A stretch of 32,000 nucleotides of DNA from Candidatus Saccharimonadota bacterium (GTDB lineage Bacteria > Patescibacteriota > Saccharimonadia > Saccharimonadales > UBA4665), in NCBI GenBank assembly GCA_963718045.1, contig OY970350.1:630001-662000 (forward strand), given 5' to 3'. The position numbers and the translations under genes are program-made. Below are positions 7,865 through 16,120 of this stretch, piece by piece. How positions within the stretch are numbered: position 1 is the stretch's first letter; each line of letters opens with the position of its first letter. A model generated the notes under the pieces. It was not told the origin of the DNA, searched no databases, and saw only the letters and a list, made by a program, of their open reading frames with translations.

Positions 7865-8835
7865 TCCTGGTGGTGGTTAAAGACTTGTTTTTTAGTTAGC
7901 TCGAGAGTATCTTCAGCCAGCACTCTGTTTATTCTAATAAGGTCAGCTATAACACCTAGGGCGATAGACAGGAACGAGGCGACAAGGAAGACCATACCGA
8001 CGATTAACGACTGAAGGTGCTGGCCAGGTTTCTTATATATACTGAATAATACTAGGTATCTTATAAATGGCACGCCTCCAAGAATCAAGAACAGAACACC
8101 AAAAGACATAAAAACGGCATAAGGTTTATACATAATAAAGGCCCGCACTATGGTCACGGCCGATCTTCTAACATGCTGGCCTAACGATTTAAACTGTCTT
8201 GATTCCCTAAGTTTAGGGTTGGTGGCCATGGGAATAATAACAATTGACTGGTGTTTATTAGCAGCTTGCAGAGTAGTTTCGGTAGCCCATGAATAATCCG
8301 CTACCGGATTTAGCTGCATGGCTGCCTGACGGGTGTACGCTCTAAAACCGCTGATGGCATCAGGTACATTAGTGCCGGCTGCTTTATTTAGTACCCAGGT
8401 TCCGAACTTTTGATAAAACTTATGGAGCCTTGAAAAATGGTCGATAGTCTGGGTCTGGCGGTCAGTTATAACAACGTCTGCTTGGCCGTCTAAAATAGGC
8501 TGGATTAGTTCTGGTATCTTTTCTTGTTTATATTGGTTATCCCCTTCGGTATTGACAATAATATCGGCACCCATTTCAAGAGCACGGTTAAGGCCGTGTC
8601 TGAACGATCTGCTGAGCCCCTGGTTCTTGGTATGGTAAAGGAAGTGTTCAACACCTAAACTTTTAGCAACCTGAACGGTTTTGTCCGTTGAACCGTCATC
8701 AATTACCAGGATCTCTATTTTATCTATACCCTTAATCTTTTTAGGGATGGTCTTGAGTACCAGAGGCAGAGTCTTCTCTTCGTTGAGACAGGGGATCATA
8801 ATGACTAGTTTGATCGGACGTTTTAGTGGGTTCAT
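7861..8835 (-). CDS. GT2 glycosyltransferase with C-terminal TM helices (polyprenol-phosphate sugar synthase type, GtrB/Ppm1/ArnC-like)
   Basis: N-terminal IMIPCLNEE...LVIDDGSTDKT GT-A signature, then NTEGDNQY. There are two C-terminal hydrophobic helices. The stop overlaps the convergent GT-C gene stop (CTAA, 7861-7864). Confidence 0.75.
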   Translation of the reverse strand: MNPLKRPIKLVIMIPCLNEEKTLPLVLKTIPKKIKGIDKIEILVIDDGSTDKTVQVAKSLGVEHFLYHTKNQGLSRSFRHGLNRALEMGADIIVNTEGDNQYKQEKIPELIQPILDGQADVVITDRQTQTIDHFSRLHKFYQKFGTWVLNKAAGTNVPDAISGFRAYTRQAAMQLNPVADYSWATETTLQAANKHQSIVIIPMATNPKLRESRQFKSLGQHVRRSAVTIVRAFIMYKPYAVFMSFGVLFLILGGVPFIRYLVLFSIYKKPGQHLQSLIVGMVFLVASFLSIALGVIADLIRINRVLAEDTLELTKKQVFNHHQD

Positions 8836-8934
8836 TGAAGCTTTTACGCTTTACTCCTGGCCGACTATAAAATTCATAAGGTAGTATAGCAAATTATATC
8901 TGAGACATCGCTGATAACAACAGGTTATCTATTT

Positions 8935-9522
8935 TTAGGCAATTTGGCTGTCAAAATGAGAGGTGCCGTCAATAACTATGTCGGAAGTGTCTTCAGGTTT
9001 AATTTCCTGGATATATCTGTCTTCAAGCGGTTTCCAAAGCTCCCGCCAGACCTTTTCGGCTTTAACTTCCGGCATTGATGAGCGGCTAATGCCCCGGCTT
9101 AGAGTTACCTCTCTGGGCGTTTCAACCCATATTTTAAGATCATAATCCAGTTCAAATGAAAAGCTGTAGCAGCGGTCAATGAGCACCCCTTTACTTATAT
9201 GTATCTTTTTTTCTATGGGCTTACCCAGGTCCCAGTCATAAGGACGGAAATTAACATCTCTGGAACCATTTTTAATAGGTTCAATAACGTCTTTAAAGAA
9301 CCTCTCTTCGTTATATCCGCCCCAGGCTATAGGGTGCTCAATTGGTTCAAAGTAGTCGTCACCGCAAATAACTAAGAAGCCATCCAGTTTTTCAAGGATG
9401 TACTTAGATAAAGTGGTCTTGCCTGCTCCTCCCCGGCCGTCAATAGCGACGATATAGTACTTGGAGTTTTTAGGCGGGGAGACAAACAGCTTTGTCTTAA
9501 CGTCTATCGGATAATCAGACAT
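8935..9522 (-). CDS. P-loop nucleoside/nucleotide kinase family protein (uridine kinase-like)
   Basis: Walker A IDGRGGAGKTTLSKY near the N-terminus and a size of 195 aa. I cannot support a more specific assignment. Confidence 0.5.
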   Translation of the reverse strand: MSDYPIDVKTKLFVSPPKNSKYYIVAIDGRGGAGKTTLSKYILEKLDGFLVICGDDYFEPIEHPIAWGGYNEERFFKDVIEPIKNGSRDVNFRPYDWDLGKPIEKKIHISKGVLIDRCYSFSFELDYDLKIWVETPREVTLSRGISRSSMPEVKAEKVWRELWKPLEDRYIQEIKPEDTSDIVIDGTSHFDSQIA

Positions 9523-9607
9523 GATCTAATTCTAGCGGTGAGAGCATAAGATAACAATCTAAAAATAAGTTGAGTAGATTTAGATGGATTAGTTTGGTTA
9601 GGTGTAG

Positions 9608-10285
9608 TTAAGATCTAAAGAGCAGCCCTATTAGGTAGCCGGCAATAGCTGCACCCATGCCGATGATCACCATTATTAGCGCACTCCTCAGTGGCTTACC
9701 AAGTGTCATACGGGCTTTATAAATACCGATGCCAGCTAGAACAATGACCGAAAGAATAAGAGCCGCTATTAATGCTCCGTGAACTGGCAGAAAGAAAAAG
9801 GGAATCAACGGTAAGAAAGCACCGCTGAAGGTTGCCACGCCAACGGTAGCCGTGTAGATATAGACATCATGCTTTTCTACCGGTAATAAATTAAGCTCTT
9901 CTTTCATCATAGTATCTATCCATAAGTCATGGTTTGAGGTTATGTGATTAACAATGTCATCGAGGAGTTTACCGCTGAAGCCCTTAGCGGCATAGATATC
10001 GATGATCTCTTGACGTTCAGTCTCAGGCACCTCTTTTACTTCCCTAACCTCTTGCTGTTTTTCAGCAGCATAGTGGTCACGATCCGCCATTTTAGAGGTA
10101 TAGGCAACAGCTGCCATTGATAAGGTTTCAGCAAAGATAGTAGCCAGTCCGCCGGCAATTATTATTCTTGTTGATTTTGTAGCGGCAGCCAGTCCAAGTA
10201 GAAGTCCCAGGATGCTGACTAAACCATCTTGTCCGCCTAAAATTATGTCTGAAAGTTTGTTACCTTTTTTGTGTGGTTCATGCAT
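9608..10285 (-). CDS. VIT1/CCC1-family iron/manganese transporter
   Basis: Characteristic N-terminal LSDIILGGQDGLVSILGLLLG, a central soluble acidic helix region and three C-terminal TM helices. Confidence 0.8.
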   Translation of the reverse strand: MHEPHKKGNKLSDIILGGQDGLVSILGLLLGLAAATKSTRIIIAGGLATIFAETLSMAAVAYTSKMADRDHYAAEKQQEVREVKEVPETERQEIIDIYAAKGFSGKLLDDIVNHITSNHDLWIDTMMKEELNLLPVEKHDVYIYTATVGVATFSGAFLPLIPFFFLPVHGALIAALILSVIVLAGIGIYKARMTLGKPLRSALIMVIIGMGAAIAGYLIGLLFRS

Positions 10286-10370
10286 AACTATCTTTTAGCA
10301 TATCAAATCATTCTAAAAACCATGTAGTACCTCTTAGATAAATTAGAAAAATAGGCTATAGTTTAAGTAT

Positions 10371-11510
10371 ATGAACCAGTTGATCGGGTCGATTAGTGGT
10401 AAGTCCTATCGCCATGTTGTTAAACCGTTGCTTTTTAAGATCAAGCCCGATCCGGTGCATCAGTATTTACTGGTAGTCGGCTCATTGGTGCAGCGCTCAT
10501 ACAGCCTGCGACAACTTTTGACGGCATCTTGGGCTTATGACAATCCGGCATATCTGCGCCAAAAAATCCATGGCATTACTTTCAGTAACCCGGTTGGCTT
10601 ATCGGCCGGTTTTGATAAAAATTTTAAATTACTGCCGCTGCTTAAGGCTATTGGTTTTGGTTTCATGGAGGGCGGTTCGCTAACTTACCTGCCCTGCGAA
10701 GGCAACCCGCGTCCTTGGTTCCACCGTTTGCCGAACAGTCAGTCGCTCGTCGTTTATGCTGGTCTCGCCAACAATGGTGTTGATGACATTATTGGCCGGC
10801 TACAAAGCTATGATTCAAGCGTATTTAAAAACTTCCCAATTAATATATCGGTCGCTAAAACCAATATCCCGGAAGTTTGTAGTGACAGCGAGGCAATCGC
10901 TGACTATATTGGCAGCCTTAAAACTATTAAGAAAGCCGACGTCGGCAAAATGATTACCATAAATATATCTTGCCCTAATGTATATGGCGGTGAACCATTC
11001 ACCACAGCGGCTCGTCTAGAGAGCTTGCTCAAGGAAGTTGATAAACTAAAACTGACCAAGCCGCTGTTTATTAAAATGCCCTGTGATTTACCTTGGTCAA
11101 AGTTTAATTCTCTGCTAGAGGTTGCCAGCGGGCATAAAGTCACAGGTGTGACTATTAGCAATCTAGCCAAAGACCGGGGTCAGATAAAATTACTAGATCC
11201 CCTGCCGGCTAGTGTCAAAGGTAATTTAAGCGGCAAACCGACTTGGCCGTTAAGCAATAACCTGATTAAACAAACTTATCAGAAGTACCAGCACCGTTTC
11301 ACAATTATTGGTGTCGGCGGTATCTTCTCGGCTGAAGATGCCTACACTAAAATTAAACTGGGAGCTAGTCTGGTTGAGCTTATAACCGGCATGATCTTCG
11401 AAGGTCCGCAGCTAATCGGTCAAATTAATCATGATTTGGTAACACTTTTAAAGCGTGACGGCTATACACACATCAACCAAGCTATCGGTGTTGATAGCCT
11501 GGCTGATTGA
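10371..11510 (+). CDS. pyrD: Dihydroorotate dehydrogenase, class-2-like scaffold
   Basis: It aligns block by block with E. coli PyrD as I recall it: the N-terminal extension (VKPLLFKIKPDPVHQYLL), GITFSNPVGLSAGFDKN, NISCPN, IKMPCDL, GNLSGKP and IIGVGGI. The active-site motif has Cys where class 2 enzymes have Ser. Confidence 0.85.
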   Translation: MNQLIGSISGKSYRHVVKPLLFKIKPDPVHQYLLVVGSLVQRSYSLRQLLTASWAYDNPAYLRQKIHGITFSNPVGLSAGFDKNFKLLPLLKAIGFGFMEGGSLTYLPCEGNPRPWFHRLPNSQSLVVYAGLANNGVDDIIGRLQSYDSSVFKNFPINISVAKTNIPEVCSDSEAIADYIGSLKTIKKADVGKMITINISCPNVYGGEPFTTAARLESLLKEVDKLKLTKPLFIKMPCDLPWSKFNSLLEVASGHKVTGVTISNLAKDRGQIKLLDPLPASVKGNLSGKPTWPLSNNLIKQTYQKYQHRFTIIGVGGIFSAEDAYTKIKLGASLVELITGMIFEGPQLIGQINHDLVTLLKRDGYTHINQAIGVDSLAD

Positions 11511-11532
11511 TCTTTAGCTAGAGTACTGGTTT

Positions 11533-12054
11533 CTAGCGAGTTACGCTGATGGATGCGCCTTGTTCTGCGCATGGTGCAGTAACGGTTATGCGAGGAGTAG
11601 TGGTGCTGGTCTCTTGTATTAAGTAACCAGTGGTTGCGGCACTGTAATTATATGTAGTGCCACTCAAAGTACAACTAGCCCCCGAGGTCCAGGATGGGTC
11701 TGAAGGGATAGCTGTCAGGTACGTACCGTTGGCCGATAAAGCAGATAGATCGACGTTGCTTGTTGGACATGTTGGGTTAGTACCAGTGTCACTAGACGCA
11801 CATATCGGTTCCAAAGTTGTGGTTATGGGGTTGGCTGTCGTGCTTGGCAGTGCTCCCTTATTGTCTATTTCGTACTGATATACAGCATCTAAAATGGTTG
11901 TTACGTTCTCGTCTCTTTGAGCGTTACGAGTGTCGGCTAGCTGTTTTGCCGGGTTAACTGCTAATATTACTACTCCTGCTAGTATGGCGATAATAGCCAC
12001 GACTAGCAAAACTTCGATAAGCGTAAAGCCTTCGTTTTTTAATTGTCTATACAT
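11533..12054 (-). CDS. pilA: Type IV pilin (prepilin-type N-terminal cleavage/methylation domain); candidate major pilin
   Basis: N-terminus MYRQLKNEG/FTLIEVLLVVAIIAILAGVVILAVNP has the class III signal, with Gly at -1, Phe at +1 and Glu at +5. It is 173 aa, has two Cys pairs in the C-terminal half, and has its own upstream intergenic region with a good SD (AAAGGG). Confidence 0.85.
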   Translation of the reverse strand: MYRQLKNEGFTLIEVLLVVAIIAILAGVVILAVNPAKQLADTRNAQRDENVTTILDAVYQYEIDNKGALPSTTANPITTTLEPICASSDTGTNPTCPTSNVDLSALSANGTYLTAIPSDPSWTSGASCTLSGTTYNYSAATTGYLIQETSTTTPRITVTAPCAEQGASISVTR

Positions 12055-12072
12055 TGGTGCCCTTTATATATA

Positions 12073-12099
12073 GTTATATTTATTAAGATTACTGGTCAA
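12073..12099 (-). promoter_or_regulatory. Putative sigma70-type promoter for the pilin gene
   Basis: The minus strand reads TTGACC (12094-12099), a 15-nt spacer, then TATAAC (12073-12078), with further TATATA immediately downstream. The spacing is suboptimal. Confidence 0.3.
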
Positions 12100-12172
12100 T
12101 AATACTACTAAGCATAAGCGCTTGCAAGCATTTGCTAGGGGTCTAACGAACACTTTAACGGGTGAAGGCTAA

Positions 12173-12910
12173 CTAATCTATGGCTCCGGTTGGGACGGGG
12201 TTGCCTGGAGGCAGATTAGAAGTGTTTGATCCTTTAGAGGGATTGCTTGTGCTGCTACCGGACGTATTAGAGGCATTATTGGTTGCCGAATTAGATGTCG
12301 GCGTCAATAAGCCTACCGGCACGACTATAACGGTTGTAACTTGGCCGCCATTATTAAATCCGATGCTGATTACTTCACCGTTAGATGATTCACCAACTAT
12401 ATTAGTACCGCTTAATTCCTGGCCATAAGGTCCTGTCTGCCAGGCCGATATATTTGATTCGGACAGATGAAAGTTCCAGGGGTTTTTGGCGCTCTCAATA
12501 GCACTGTCTATGAGCGAGGCTGCTTGTTTGCAGCTGATCGTTTCATTCACGCCTGACTCAACGATCTCGACATGGACTTTCGGTGCACAGTAAGAGCCAA
12601 GTATAGATAGGTTCTTATTAGCTACACCGGTTGTCAGAGCATTATAGGCTGAAGTTGATATGGTCGTATTGGTCTTTGAGGCTGCTGTTAGGTTAGAACC
12701 GGATTCAGTTTGAGACGACTTATGTGTACTGCCAAAAAAAATTATACCAATCAGTATACCGATGGCAATAAGGACCAATGCACCGCCTATTAGAGCCAAT
12801 GCCTGTTTACTGTTTATGCTTTTTATCTGGTTAGACGACGACCGGACAGATTTAATAGGTCTGCCTAGCTGCTGCTTTATGTTTGATTGTGAAATTTTAT
12901 ATCTGTCCAT
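12173..12910 (-). CDS. Hypothetical N-terminally anchored protein with Ser/Thr/Asn-rich segments; last gene of the pilus operon
   Basis: It has a single TM helix (ALALIGGALVLIAIGILIGIIFF), a small Cys-containing domain and a C-terminal tail NSATNNASNTSGSSTSNPSKGSNTS. The track start is TTG 12919; I prefer ATG 12910. I recognise no family. Confidence 0.45.
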   Translation of the reverse strand: MDRYKISQSNIKQQLGRPIKSVRSSSNQIKSINSKQALALIGGALVLIAIGILIGIIFFGSTHKSSQTESGSNLTAASKTNTTISTSAYNALTTGVANKNLSILGSYCAPKVHVEIVESGVNETISCKQAASLIDSAIESAKNPWNFHLSESNISAWQTGPYGQELSGTNIVGESSNGEVISIGFNNGGQVTTVIVVPVGLLTPTSNSATNNASNTSGSSTSNPSKGSNTSNLPPGNPVPTGAID

Positions 12911-12929
12911 AATATGCAAGTATATTGGC

Positions 12930-13349
12930 TTAAGGGGTATCCTGCCAACTGCTAATGATAATAGACGGTGAGGTCTGGGATGTTTTAACGGTTAGATTAT
13001 GGGAAAGTGTATTAGTGCCTTCGACATACGTACCGGTAGCGGTAATTACGTAGCTGGGTGAGCTGCCGCTTATGCTGTATGTACATGTATCCGATGCCGC
13101 AAGGGTTGATGAGCCGTTATTTGGAGTAGTTAAGGTTGGATTAGCCTGAAGAGCTGCTAGAGCCAGTTCGGCGCAGCCGGTGGCTGCAGCTTTGGCATCG
13201 ACGCCGCCATCGGTCGCTTGAGCAGTTATGCTGGTATTTGAGCCGGTTAGAAGCAAAAATACGGCAATCGTAGCCATTACTATGCCTAGTATAAGAACAG
13301 TGATCAGGACTATGTAGCCGCCGTTTGATTTGTTAATCGGTTTACTCAT
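12930..13349 (-). CDS. PilX-N-like minor pilus protein (no Glu5)
   Basis: N-terminal NGGYIVLITVLILGIVMATIAVFLLL resembles the PilX N-terminal domain. It overlaps the preceding minor pilin gene by ATGA. Confidence 0.5.
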   Translation of the reverse strand: MSKPINKSNGGYIVLITVLILGIVMATIAVFLLLTGSNTSITAQATDGGVDAKAAATGCAELALAALQANPTLTTPNNGSSTLAASDTCTYSISGSSPSYVITATGTYVEGTNTLSHNLTVKTSQTSPSIIISSWQDTP

Positions 13350-13879
13350 TGGGGTATGCTGGCTGCTCCATAAAAAGTATTTTGGTAAGTAAACTCTTCC
13401 AAAGTCGAAGTGCTCTTATATGAAAGAGAGAAGCTGATTTGAATTGAGCCATTGGTACCGCTTAGTCCTTCGTTTGTAAAGCTTAAGTTAGATATGCTGA
13501 CATGCGAATTGGTCAGATAGGTATTAACCGACGGACTGCCCTGACTAATTTCCAGGTGATTAGTCGAGCCGTCGTTATATGTACTAAAAATAGTCGGGTT
13601 GACAGAGGTCTGCGGCATATTAAGTTCGATAGCACTGGCCGCAACGCCGCTATTAGGTGAGGCAATACTGCTGGCTTCATGAATATCCTGCTCGATTATC
13701 TCCATGGCGGCTTCACCTTGGTAATTGACAGCCGTAAAGACTTCATTTTTCTGACGCTCAGCAATTGAATTAATAGCCAGAGCCACAATGACCATAATAA
13801 TAGATGAAAAAATAGCAATGTACAGTAACACCTCAATAAGTGTAAAACCGCTGTTATTATTGTTATGTTTCATTTTCAT
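13346..13879 (-). CDS. Prepilin-type minor pilin
   Basis: NNSG/FTLIEVLLYIAIFSSIIMVIVAL class III signal. The track ORF extends to 13939, but ATG 13879 (MKMKHNNNNSGFTLIE) gives a normal short leader and lies 4 nt after the upstream stop. Confidence 0.75.
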   Translation of the reverse strand: MKMKHNNNNSGFTLIEVLLYIAIFSSIIMVIVALAINSIAERQKNEVFTAVNYQGEAAMEIIEQDIHEASSIASPNSGVAASAIELNMPQTSVNPTIFSTYNDGSTNHLEISQGSPSVNTYLTNSHVSISNLSFTNEGLSGTNGSIQISFSLSYKSTSTLEEFTYQNTFYGAASIPQ

Positions 13880-13883
13880 AGCT

Positions 13884-15659
13884 TTACTGATCCCATGCAA
13901 AATCAAACCATTTAGAATCAATGCTTGGACCGTCGGCATTATGGATAGTCCAGGCGAAGTCTGTCGGTGTAGTGTAGTAACTGTTGTTCGTAGCGTTATA
14001 CATGATCGAATAGAGATTGTCGTTGCCGTCGATCATTAATACCATGGCATCGTTAGAGCCAGGTTCAGGTATGATATGGGTTTTATATATAGTAGTTGAG
14101 GCATTTGGTGCGGCCAGCGAAGTCGATTCCCAGGTATTAGTTGACGAGTTAAATGTTTTAAGCTGTGTCGAAGAGGTATCGTTGGAGTAAGCAATTAAAC
14201 CAGTCGTACCAGATAGCAAGCCGTAGGCTAAGTCAGCGCTCTGCTGTTCGCCGTCATTACCATTTGAAGCCACAGTTTGATTTGTCGGGTTACTGACACC
14301 GCTAGGTTTTAGCGTATAGCAATAAATATGCTGGGTTGATAGATTGTCTTTGTCGCAGCCGATCCATTCCTCACTTGCTAGAGGCTGAGCGATAATGTTA
14401 TCGGTTACTGATTGTGACCCGCTTGGCTGGGCCGTGGTCGATATAGTGGAACCCCAGCTGCCTGATCCTTTGCCATTATCGGTGAAGATACTGAATTGAA
14501 GCGATTGATCAGTTGCGCTATTAGTAAATACGGCTGCACCCTGAAGTGTATTGACTGGACTCCAGGCAAAATCGACGTTTTTAGTACTGCCGGATGTACC
14601 GCTGGCAGCTAGGGTCGTATTGGCTGACCAGCTGGTACCGTTATAGAAGCTGGCAACTGTTTCGCTGTCTGCGCCAAGCATCACTACCATCGCTTCATTA
14701 GCTCCGGGACGAGCTTCGACTATCATCGACTCCGGATAGTCATTCTTATCTGAACTAATAGCCGAAAGAGCACCCTGGGTACTCCAGGTGGTACCAGTCC
14801 AGGTATTGTATTTGGGCGTGTTGGTATTGTCGTCATAGACGGCCACAAAGGTACCATTAGCCATGTAGCTGCCGCTAAAGTTACCGCTAGCGTCAAAGCC
14901 TGAGCTAGACCAGGATGTCAGCAGCTGGACATTGCCCCAGCTGGTACCATTCCAAACCATGCCGTACAGATACTGTTTAGACGAATCATACAGCCTGGCC
15001 AGCATTACCTTGTCGTCACCTGTCTGAGCCGGATAAAGTTTGACTGATTCGGCAACTTCGTTATCTGTCTTAGGATCAAAGGCCGGCAGCGGCGATGGAT
15101 TGGTCCAAGTTCCGGTTGATTGCAGCAGCTGGTAATCTATAAGCTCTTTGTTGTCGCCGCCGTTAGCGTAAACCAGCAAACCAGTACGTGTTTGAACTGG
15201 GTTTGTGGTACCAGCCGACCAGTTGGACATATATGTTGTTGCTGACAGTAAACCGTTGCGGGTAATATCCTCTTTCCAGGTGACAGTTACGGTAACCTGA
15301 CGGCTATCGCTGATTGGGCCAGCTGAAAAGACTACGGCTGGTGTATAAATGCCGTTTATTAAAGTTGGCGAGGAGGAAAGCGACCACTGAGTGCCGGTCT
15401 GCTGCAGGTAATAAGTAGTGCCGTTAGTATAGTTGCTTAAGTTTAAATAGTTGCTGTCAGATATGTTATGGACCGCTTCAATGGATTCATTAACAATCTC
15501 AGAAGCTATCATATTATTTCCAGAAACCACTGTAGCGTCCCGTCCGTAAATAAAAGCAGATAAGGCTACAAAGGCCAGCATGGCAAAAATAGCAATTGCC
15601 AGTATTATCTCAATCAGCAGGAAACCCTTTTGGTCTGTCGGCTTCAAATTAACCTTCAT
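13884..15659 (-). CDS. Large prepilin-type protein: minor-pilin N-terminal domain fused to a ~430-aa repeat (beta-propeller-like) domain; candidate pilus tip adhesin
   Basis: DQKG/FLLIEIILAIAIFAML class III signal, then a pseudopilin-like block ending RQVTVTVTWKE. Seven or eight repeats follow, each a hydrophobic strand plus an xGTxW motif (detailed in the findings). It overlaps the upstream gene by ATGA. Confidence 0.7.
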   Translation of the reverse strand: MKVNLKPTDQKGFLLIEIILAIAIFAMLAFVALSAFIYGRDATVVSGNNMIASEIVNESIEAVHNISDSNYLNLSNYTNGTTYYLQQTGTQWSLSSSPTLINGIYTPAVVFSAGPISDSRQVTVTVTWKEDITRNGLLSATTYMSNWSAGTTNPVQTRTGLLVYANGGDNKELIDYQLLQSTGTWTNPSPLPAFDPKTDNEVAESVKLYPAQTGDDKVMLARLYDSSKQYLYGMVWNGTSWGNVQLLTSWSSSGFDASGNFSGSYMANGTFVAVYDDNTNTPKYNTWTGTTWSTQGALSAISSDKNDYPESMIVEARPGANEAMVVMLGADSETVASFYNGTSWSANTTLAASGTSGSTKNVDFAWSPVNTLQGAAVFTNSATDQSLQFSIFTDNGKGSGSWGSTISTTAQPSGSQSVTDNIIAQPLASEEWIGCDKDNLSTQHIYCYTLKPSGVSNPTNQTVASNGNDGEQQSADLAYGLLSGTTGLIAYSNDTSSTQLKTFNSSTNTWESTSLAAPNASTTIYKTHIIPEPGSNDAMVLMIDGNDNLYSIMYNATNNSYYTTPTDFAWTIHNADGPSIDSKWFDFAWDQ

Positions 15660-16120
15660 GAGTAATCCACCATCCCCATAGAATTAATGGTTACTACTAT
15701 TGAGTTACTGTTATCTTTTAAAGTGAAGGTCCCAGTAGTTGAAGGAAAGCCGTAAAGTTTAGAAAAGTCCACTTCGGATGGCCCGCTGACAGTTATACTA
15801 ACCGGCATGGTAAAAACATTGGCTGTGCTAGTATTCCTGGTAGCATAGCTGCTGCCGGCGTATAAGGTAATTGTTTGATTGGTAATATATACGCCGTAGG
15901 AAGAGCTATTTTCTTCGCTGCGGCTTAATATCTGGGCCTGGTATAAGTCCTGGACTAAGGTATTGACAGTGACGTCAAGTCCATTGCTGTTTTGAAGGTT
16001 ACTATAAACCGGCAAGGCAAAAACAGCCAGAACGGCAATTATACCGACTACCACAACTTCTTCAATAAGGGTATAGCCAGCCTGTCCTAATGACCCGAGG
16101 CCAAGTATCTTATGTCTCAT
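15656..16120 (-). CDS. Prepilin-type minor pilin (FimT/GspH-like)
   Basis: GQAG/YTLIEEVVVVGIIAVLAVFALPVY class III signal. It is 154 aa and overlaps the pilC stop by TAATG. Confidence 0.75.
   Translation of the reverse strand: MRHKILGLGSLGQAGYTLIEEVVVVGIIAVLAVFALPVYSNLQNSNGLDVTVNTLVQDLYQAQILSRSEENSSSYGVYITNQTITLYAGSSYATRNTSTANVFTMPVSITVSGPSEVDFSKLYGFPSTTGTFTLKDNSNSIVVTINSMGMVDYS

Noticed and set aside
10756-11170. Small ORFs (65 aa plus strand, 88 aa minus strand) within pyrD
   Set aside because: They are nested in or antisense to a confidently identified pyrD and have no motifs or start signals.
11517-11537. GCTAGA...TCTAGC hairpin between convergent pyrD and the pilin gene, considered as a bidirectional terminator
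   Set aside because: It has only a 6-bp stem with a 9-nt loop, no U-run, and its right arm overlaps the pilin stop codon. This is too weak to call.
13880-13939. 20-aa N-terminal extension of the minor pilin ORF (track start 13939)
   Set aside because: It overlaps the end of the 591-aa gene and would give an atypically long prepilin leader. ATG 13879 gives MKMKHNNNNSG/FTLIE, a normal leader.
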